Source: Coleofasciculus sp. B1-GNL1-01
GTDB lineage: Bacteria; Cyanobacteriota; Cyanobacteriia; Cyanobacteriales; Coleofasciculaceae
Reading direction: 5' to 3' (one strand)
Assembly: GCA_040220235.1 (NCBI GenBank)
Contig: JAVJTO010000052.1
DNA length: 57,678 bases
The notes beneath the pieces are model-generated. The model searched no databases and was not told the DNA's origin. It saw nothing but the letters and a program-made list of their open reading frames with translations. The position numbers were made by a program, and so were the translations under genes. Positions 51,790 to 57,678 of this stretch are shown here, one piece after another (within the stretch, counting starts at the first letter, position 1; each line of letters begins with the position of its first letter).

Positions 51790-52692
51790 CTACGGCGATC
51801 GCTCCTCAAGCCAACTTGACAAATCAGCCAAACTGTTGAAGTCTAAAAAATCTTCTCCTAAGCTTTCTAAATCTTCAAGAGATAAATCCTCAATTTTGCG
51901 GCTGAGCGTCGCCGGGATGTCTCCAAAACGCTTTTTAAGTTGGCGCATGATTAAGGCAAGTGCTTCAGTGAGTCGTCCTTTCTCTTCAGCATAAGTAATT
52001 CGTCCTTTCTCATCTTGCAGCATCATCCCTCGCCGCTCAACAATGTCCAATTCTTCTACTGTCATGTTGGCTTGATTCGCCAGTTGTAACGCAAATTCTA
52101 TCTCTGATACTTCTGCCAAACTCTCAGGAATACTCTCTAAACGTGCCGCTTCTTTCAGAAAATAAATCCATTTATCTGCCAAAGTATGTACCTCAGACAG
52201 GGTTTTCTTGAATTTCGGTAATTCTACAAAAATTAGCCGCAGTTCATTTCCGAGAATTGGAAACTTATCCTCTTCCTCATAAAAGGAAAGCTTACTGATT
52301 ATTTTCTCTGTATTTTGAAATAATATGAAATCCGTGATTGTCACCGCTATTGCCGGATTGAGAAGGGGATAATCTTCTCCTTTTGCCAACTGGTTGCTAT
52401 AGGCTTTTGCCAGATTATACGCCACTCGCTTATTAAATGCTGACATAGAGGCAATTTGCATCTCTATGATCACAATCGAGCCATCGGCTAACACCGCTTT
52501 TACATCTAAATAGGTTTCTTTTAAGCTAATCACCTGACCGGGATTATAGGGATTTACAATCGTTAAGGATTGAATCACCTTCTCGCCGTCATAAATGATG
52601 GCATTGAGAAAACTGATTAAAATGGCTTGACTTTGTTCGGAGCCGAATATTTTTTTAAAGGCATAATCAACCTTGGGGCTAATAAATCTCAT
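51790..52692 (-). CDS. Rpn-family PD-(D/E)xK nuclease with DUF4351-like tail (paralogue of 34528-35424)
   Basis: Same motifs; near-identical N-terminus MRFISPKVDYAFKKIFGSEQS. Confidence 0.92.
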   Translation of the reverse strand: MRFISPKVDYAFKKIFGSEQSQAILISFLNAIIYDGEKVIQSLTIVNPYNPGQVISLKETYLDVKAVLADGSIVIIEMQIASMSAFNKRVAYNLAKAYSNQLAKGEDYPLLNPAIAVTITDFILFQNTEKIISKLSFYEEEDKFPILGNELRLIFVELPKFKKTLSEVHTLADKWIYFLKEAARLESIPESLAEVSEIEFALQLANQANMTVEELDIVERRGMMLQDEKGRITYAEEKGRLTEALALIMRQLKKRFGDIPATLSRKIEDLSLEDLESLGEDFLDFNSLADLSSWLEERSP

Positions 52693-53202
52693 GGATTTCT
52701 CCCGTTCAAGCTTGAAAAGACAGAAGATAGTTTAATCGTAACACAAGTTCCCGCTGACCCTGAGCTATTTCCAGCCTCAAATAACACCACAGGGCTACAC
52801 CCAACTATCACCCTTGCGCCCTTCTAGTCAACTTTACAAATCTTCTAAACGGTTGAAGTCTAAACAATCTTTCCCTAAACATTCTACATTTTTAATCAAT
52901 AAATCTGTTTAGCGGCTTAAGCTGTCATGCATTTAAATGGGAAATGGCTAGTACAAGAAGGCAGAAGTCCGAAGGCTCCAGGGCAGAAGGCTATGAGGAA
53001 CATAATGTAGCTGCTTTTAGGGAGCTTGTTAACTGGTTAGTATTTGAAGCCGCGCTGCACTAGCCAGCAAGACACTCGCACTACAAGGATTTTTTTTGGT
53101 CTACTGAATTCATTTGTCACCTCTTCGGCTTTTCAACGCTAGGATTAAGGATAATCATCATTAGAAGCGATCGCGTTGATGTATATCGAGGACTAAACAA
53201 CG

Positions 53203-53802
53203 ATGAGTGGAAAAAAGATTTTAATGGTCGTTGGCGATTTCGTCGAAGACTACGAGGTCATGGTGCCATTTCAGGCATTGCAAATGGTGGGACATACTGT
53301 TCATGCAGTTTGTCCTGATAAAAAGGCTGGAGACAGCGTAAAAACAGCCGTTCACGATTTTGAAGGAGATCAAACCTATAGTGAAAAACCGGGTCATAAC
53401 TTCGCCTTGAATGCCACATTCAGTGAGGTAGTCGCCGCCGATTATGATGCCTTGGTGATTCCTGGTGGACGCGCCCCGGAATATATCCGCTTAAATGAGA
53501 CGGTTCTAGAGATAACCCGTCACTTTGCCCAAGCCAATAAACCCATCGCCTCTATTTGTCACGGATTGCAGGTTTTAGCCGCCGCTGGTGTGCTAGAAGG
53601 AAAAAGTTGTACCGCGTATCCAGCTTGTGGACCCGATGTGAAATCAGCCGGCGGACTATATACCAACATTCCGGTTAATGAAGCCATGGTTGATGATAAT
53701 TTAGTCACCGCCCCCGCTTGGCCCGCACACCCGGCTTGGTTAGCCGAGTTTCTGAAATTGTTGGGGACAAAAATTGAACATCAACAGATGGCAGCGGTTT
53801 AA
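53203..53802 (+). CDS. pfpI: DJ-1/PfpI family protein
   Basis: [15 protein letters not shown] and SICHG motifs. Confidence 0.92.
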   Translation: MSGKKILMVVGDFVEDYEVMVPFQALQMVGHTVHAVCPDKKAGDSVKTAVHDFEGDQTYSEKPGHNFALNATFSEVVAADYDALVIPGGRAPEYIRLNETVLEITRHFAQANKPIASICHGLQVLAAAGVLEGKSCTAYPACGPDVKSAGGLYTNIPVNEAMVDDNLVTAPAWPAHPAWLAEFLKLLGTKIEHQQMAAV

Positions 53803-53861
53803 CTTAACAGGCAAAGCCTCCTCAAGGACATTCCCAGGCTTCGCCTGGGAACGAGGCTAAG

Positions 53862-54836
53862 CTACGCGCCAAACAAGAGTAGCCAAATGGGTAAGGTGAG
53901 TAACAGTCCTGTTGAACCAACGGCTAGGGCTGTCACGGTTAACTCGCGATCAAGTTCATACACTTCGGCAATGACTAAGGTGGCAAAGGCTGGCGGCATT
54001 GCCATTTGCAGGACGATCGCTAACTGCGGCTTACCAACTATGCCAAACTGTGATAACGCTATCCCTAACACTAAGGGGAGCAGTAACATTTTAATGCCCA
54101 GACCCACCCCCGCTTGTTTAACTTTGCGCCAAGACGCCAACTGACTCAAGCGCATACCAATCAGAACCAGTGAAAGCGCGATCGCACTCCAGGCAAATTT
54201 TTCCATTCCATCCTCCAGCCATCCCGGTAATGCAACCTGACGCAACCCCAATCCGATGCCCATACTCCACAGCGCCGGATTAATCACCAGCGATCGCACT
54301 AACTGCCCCTGACTCTTCTCACCCTGACCAAAACGTGCCGCTAATACTACCCCTAAACCATAAGCGCCCAGTAACGTTCCCAGCATGTCATAAAATAGCG
54401 CCCAACCAAAATAGTTTTTTCCCAACAAGGTTAGATTAACGGGAAACCCTAAATACCCTGTATTTCCCACCATCGACGCTAGCAAGAAACTCCCTTGAGT
54501 CGGTTTATTCCATTCATGAGGAGTATCATTTGTCAAGCCCTTGTTCGCGGCAAAGTTCCCCCCACCCTTAATCCAAAACCAAGCCAATCCTGCACCCAAC
54601 AAAATCGCCACCCAAGCCGCGATCGGAGCAATCCAAATCTTTCCCGATAGATCTGCACCCCGCAGAAACGTAATAATACTGATAGGAACTCCAATCCAGA
54701 ATAGAAATTGACCAATAAACGTTGGTATCCACCGGGGCATTAACCGTCCCAACACCCATCCGAGTAGCACACCACCCCCTAGCTGGAGGTAAAGTTGGAA
54801 CAAGGGTTGTAAACGCTCTGGATCTAGGCTGGGCAT
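53862..54836 (-). CDS. AEC (auxin efflux carrier) family transporter
   Basis: GNTGYLGFP, NPAL and AMPPA motifs; about 10 TM helices. Confidence 0.9.
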   Translation of the reverse strand: MPSLDPERLQPLFQLYLQLGGGVLLGWVLGRLMPRWIPTFIGQFLFWIGVPISIITFLRGADLSGKIWIAPIAAWVAILLGAGLAWFWIKGGGNFAANKGLTNDTPHEWNKPTQGSFLLASMVGNTGYLGFPVNLTLLGKNYFGWALFYDMLGTLLGAYGLGVVLAARFGQGEKSQGQLVRSLVINPALWSMGIGLGLRQVALPGWLEDGMEKFAWSAIALSLVLIGMRLSQLASWRKVKQAGVGLGIKMLLLPLVLGIALSQFGIVGKPQLAIVLQMAMPPAFATLVIAEVYELDRELTVTALAVGSTGLLLTLPIWLLLFGA

Positions 54837-55010
54837 TAGAGAAGGATCAAACAGACAACGGTTTTGATGATACGTCAGTCTCTCAGAAAAGAAATTGGCA
54901 CAGATTACAGAACGGAAAAACTTATACTATAGAGTTCACTGCTACCTTCTTCCAGTTGGAATAGGTTCCCCTTTCCCCGTTCAAGAATTAGCACCTTCAG
55001 GAGTGGAGTT

Positions 55011-55913
55011 TTGAATACCCCCGATTTTCCAGGAGAACCCGTCAACCTATCCGAATCAACAGAGGAGGATATTCCCGTAGCCGTCAGGGATACACCCGAC
55101 ACCCGAAAGCGATCGCGGTTGCAGCCGTTCCTAATTATCCTGGCAGTATTAGGAGGCGGCGCGATCGTTTTGGCGCTAATCCTATCCTCGTCCACTTCAC
55201 AATCCCCTCAAACGGTTACGGCTTCCCCCCAACCCACGACAACGGATACCTCCACCCCAGCTACTCCAGAAGAGAGTGAGAGTGAGAACGACGTTGATAA
55301 TCTTCTCGGACACCTCCCCTACGAAGAAGCCCCCCTATCTGAACTCGAACCGATTACCTCAGATGGTCGGATTCAACTCCGGGAAGCAGCGGCGAAGAAA
55401 TTTAAAGCGATGAAGGCAGCCGCTCAAGCTGATGGCATCGTATTAGTAGCAATATCTGGCTATCGTACTCAGAAACAGCAACAGCATCTGTTTTTTGACA
55501 TCAAAGCACAACGGGGACAAGTCGCGACAAAACGGGCTGAAGTCAGTGCGCCTCCGGGTTACAGTGAACATCACACCGGTTATGCGGTCGATATTGGCGA
55601 TGGCAGAACACCTGCCACAAATCTGAATACCAATTTTGAGAATACGGCGGCGTTTAAGTGGCTGGAAGAGAATGCCGCGTATTATAGCTTTGAGTTATCC
55701 TTTCCCAAAGGAAATCCCCAAGGTGTGAGTTATGAACCATGGCACTGGCGCTTTGTCGGAGATCCAGATAGTTTAGAAACCTTCTACAAAGCCCAAAATT
55801 TGGATCGTCCTGATTTGGAACCGTCTCCTTCTCCCTCAGAACCAGAGGATGACTCTAGTACCCAAGAACAGGGAACAGAGAATAAAGAACGGGAAATAGA
55901 GAACCGGGAATAG
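55011..55913 (+). CDS. D-alanyl-D-alanine carboxypeptidase, M15B/VanY family
   Basis: TM anchor; SGYR, SEHHTGYAVD and YEPWHWRF motifs. Confidence 0.92.
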   Translation: MNTPDFPGEPVNLSESTEEDIPVAVRDTPDTRKRSRLQPFLIILAVLGGGAIVLALILSSSTSQSPQTVTASPQPTTTDTSTPATPEESESENDVDNLLGHLPYEEAPLSELEPITSDGRIQLREAAAKKFKAMKAAAQADGIVLVAISGYRTQKQQQHLFFDIKAQRGQVATKRAEVSAPPGYSEHHTGYAVDIGDGRTPATNLNTNFENTAAFKWLEENAAYYSFELSFPKGNPQGVSYEPWHWRFVGDPDSLETFYKAQNLDRPDLEPSPSPSEPEDDSSTQEQGTENKEREIENRE

Positions 55914-56040
55914 AGAACGGGGAAAGGTTGTTGTAATGCGAGCGTCTCGCTCGCTATTTTGTATGGGTTTTTATCCCAAGAGGGAACAGGAAGGAACGGG
56001 GAACAGTAAAGAATGTTCTAACCTGCCAAGGTAGCTGCTA

Positions 56041-56174
56041 TATAGCACTACGCATCTACGTTAGGACAAAAGAAGAAAAATTTAAATCGCTCAATCCCTT
56101 GATGAGTCAGGGTTTTTCTTCCAAGAAAGCCCATTGCCTATTGCCCATTGCCCATTGCCTAGCGCGTAGCGCTA
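56041..56174. mobile_element. MITE with ATAGC(A/G)CTACGC termini and CCCATTG 7-mer repeats
   Basis: TATAGCACTACGC .. GCGTAGCGCTAT; a related end occurs at about 48122. Confidence 0.65.
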
Positions 56175-56260
56175 TTCCCGAAGAGGACTGGCGTGTTGCT
56201 CATACTAGGATAGAGGAAAAGCTGCGCCGGAATGCCCAAACTCAGAAGGGTTGGACGTTA

Positions 56261-56422
56261 ATGGATTCTGCGACTCTGGTTGACGCGGCAAAATTGTTAT
56301 GTGAATCCGATGCTGCATCTCCTACTCCTGAAGAGTTACGTTGGCTTAGGGACAATTTGCTCGAACACCAGCAAGCTGTGGAAAAACTTATCAAATTAAT
56401 TGATTCTTTATTAAATCGGTGA
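56261..56422 (+). CDS. Small hypothetical helical protein (53 aa)
   Basis: ATG 56261; the upstream part of the 107-aa ORF is MITE-derived. Confidence 0.4.
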   Translation: MDSATLVDAAKLLCESDAASPTPEELRWLRDNLLEHQQAVEKLIKLIDSLLNR

Positions 56423-56600
56423 CTCAAAAGTCCAATATCATAATTGTAAAGACTTTCTTTAGCTTGTCACCGATAACCTATCAATCAAATCCGTTCTAAT
56501 TCAAATGCTAATATTCTGATATCACTAGAAGTTTACTTTGTCAATGGCAAACCGTTAAAAATTTAAAATCAACCCTCAACACAACGCACTTTTATATCAA

Positions 56601-57287
56601 ATGATGCAGCAAACCACTCTCAATGTAATTGCCATTGGTATCTTTGGCATGACCCTTTCCGCCCTACTGACTCCAATTTTTAACATTCCGCCAGCAATTC
56701 CCGCCTTGGCAACATTTGGAATTTTAGGATTAGTTACGGTAGACAGTCTCAGCTTTCAAGGTAAAGGCACAACGGTACTATTAGATTGGTTAGCCCAGAG
56801 GCGCAGTGACTATCGCGATCGCATTCTGCACCATGAAGCGGGTCATTTCCTGGTGGCTTACCTGTTGGGGATTCCGATCAGGGGGTATACGCTGACAGCC
56901 TGGGAAGCCTTGAAGCAGGGACAACCGGGTTTAGGTGGCGTGCAATTTGATACTCAGCAACTCTCACCGAATCCCCTTGCCCTTGGCGAAATGCGATTGA
57001 CTCTGGATCGATTCTGTACCGTTTGGATGGCAGGAATTGCGGCAGAAACCCTGGTTTATGGTGAAGCGGAAGGCGGAATCGACGATTGCCAAAAATTAAA
57101 AGAGGCGTTGAGATTATTTGAACGTCCTGTTGGTGAATTTACCACCAAACAGCGTTGGGCGATGCTGCAAGCCCAAACAATGTTACAGGACAACTGGGAG
57201 GCTTACGAAGCCCTTGTTAAAGCTATGGCAGAACGGACATCCGTAGGCGACTGCTATCGCCTGATTCAAGATCATTATCACAGTTGA
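56601..57287 (+). CDS. Membrane zinc-protease-like protein (peptidase M41-like, no ATPase)
   Basis: Two N-terminal TM helices; HHEAGHFLVAY and MAGIAAE motifs. Confidence 0.85.
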   Translation: MMQQTTLNVIAIGIFGMTLSALLTPIFNIPPAIPALATFGILGLVTVDSLSFQGKGTTVLLDWLAQRRSDYRDRILHHEAGHFLVAYLLGIPIRGYTLTAWEALKQGQPGLGGVQFDTQQLSPNPLALGEMRLTLDRFCTVWMAGIAAETLVYGEAEGGIDDCQKLKEALRLFERPVGEFTTKQRWAMLQAQTMLQDNWEAYEALVKAMAERTSVGDCYRLIQDHYHS

Positions 57288-57324
57288 GCTGGGGAAGCTG
57301 GGGAAGCTGGGGGAGAAAAATTAG

Positions 57325-57476
57325 TAAGCTGTTCGGCATTTAAACCTTAATATCAATAATGGCGCAATCCTTGCCGTAGTGCGTTAAGCGAAGCCATGCC
57401 GCAGGCTTTGCATCTTGCTCGCTATATTGAGCATCTTGCTCGCTACTAATACCCAAATTAAATGCATTACAGCTTA
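57325..57476. mobile_element. MITE with TAAGCTGT..GCATTTAA termini
   Basis: TAAGCTGTTCGGCATTTAAA / TTAAATGCATTACAGCTTA; related ends at about 52918 and 10532. Confidence 0.65.
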
Positions 57477-57678
57477 GGGGCGGGTTTAGTCACATTTAGG
57501 TGCGGTCTAGAAAGGATAATAGTGAAACCCGCCCCTACACACGTAAACTACAGGAGCTTGGTAGCCCCGGTCTTTCAAAGCCGGGGAGGAAAAGCGACAT
57601 TGCGGATTTATCCGCCTTCGTGACATACTTGAGTGGTGAGTAGGAATAACCATCTACGTGACGAATCATCCTAGTACG

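Noticed and set aside
34528..52692. Composite transposon bounded by the two Rpn genes
   Set aside because: No terminal inverted repeats or target duplications were seen, Rpn proteins are not shown to be true transposases, and the interval includes ordinary genes (mnmH, cyaD, amylase).

Overview
A 57.7 kb chromosomal window from a filamentous cyanobacterium (psaE, PEP-CTERM gene, abundant HIP1 GCGATCGC octamers, dense STRR/GTAG-REP/MITE repeats; Coleofasciculus/Oscillatoriales-like by inference). Core genes are mutM, psaE, mtnD, an Ala/Gly symporter, gyrB with a 551-aa intein, miaA, beta-carbonic anhydrase, glcD, mnmH, cyaD, alpha-amylase, pfpI and a VanY-type peptidase. Accessory material includes a tnpB right end, a Thg1-like gene next to an ATPase+TPR pair, a decayed long-TIR IS, a higBA relic, a shattered polysaccharide gene island and two Rpn paralogues. 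The best candidate for an undescribed system is at about 38.5-50 kb. A 90-aa protein and the C-terminus of a 637-aa propeller/tandem-lectin-like protein share a 54-aa two-Cys, charge-patterned module (48/54 identical, with many synonymous DNA changes). They are co-oriented with a variant thioredoxin, a membrane TPR protein, a LOG/SLOG protein, a vWA-EEP fusion and a lectin-like-EndoU-LTD fusion. Two of these genes sit behind near-identical 115-bp hairpin leaders. All calls come from motif recognition by eye; no database searches were run.
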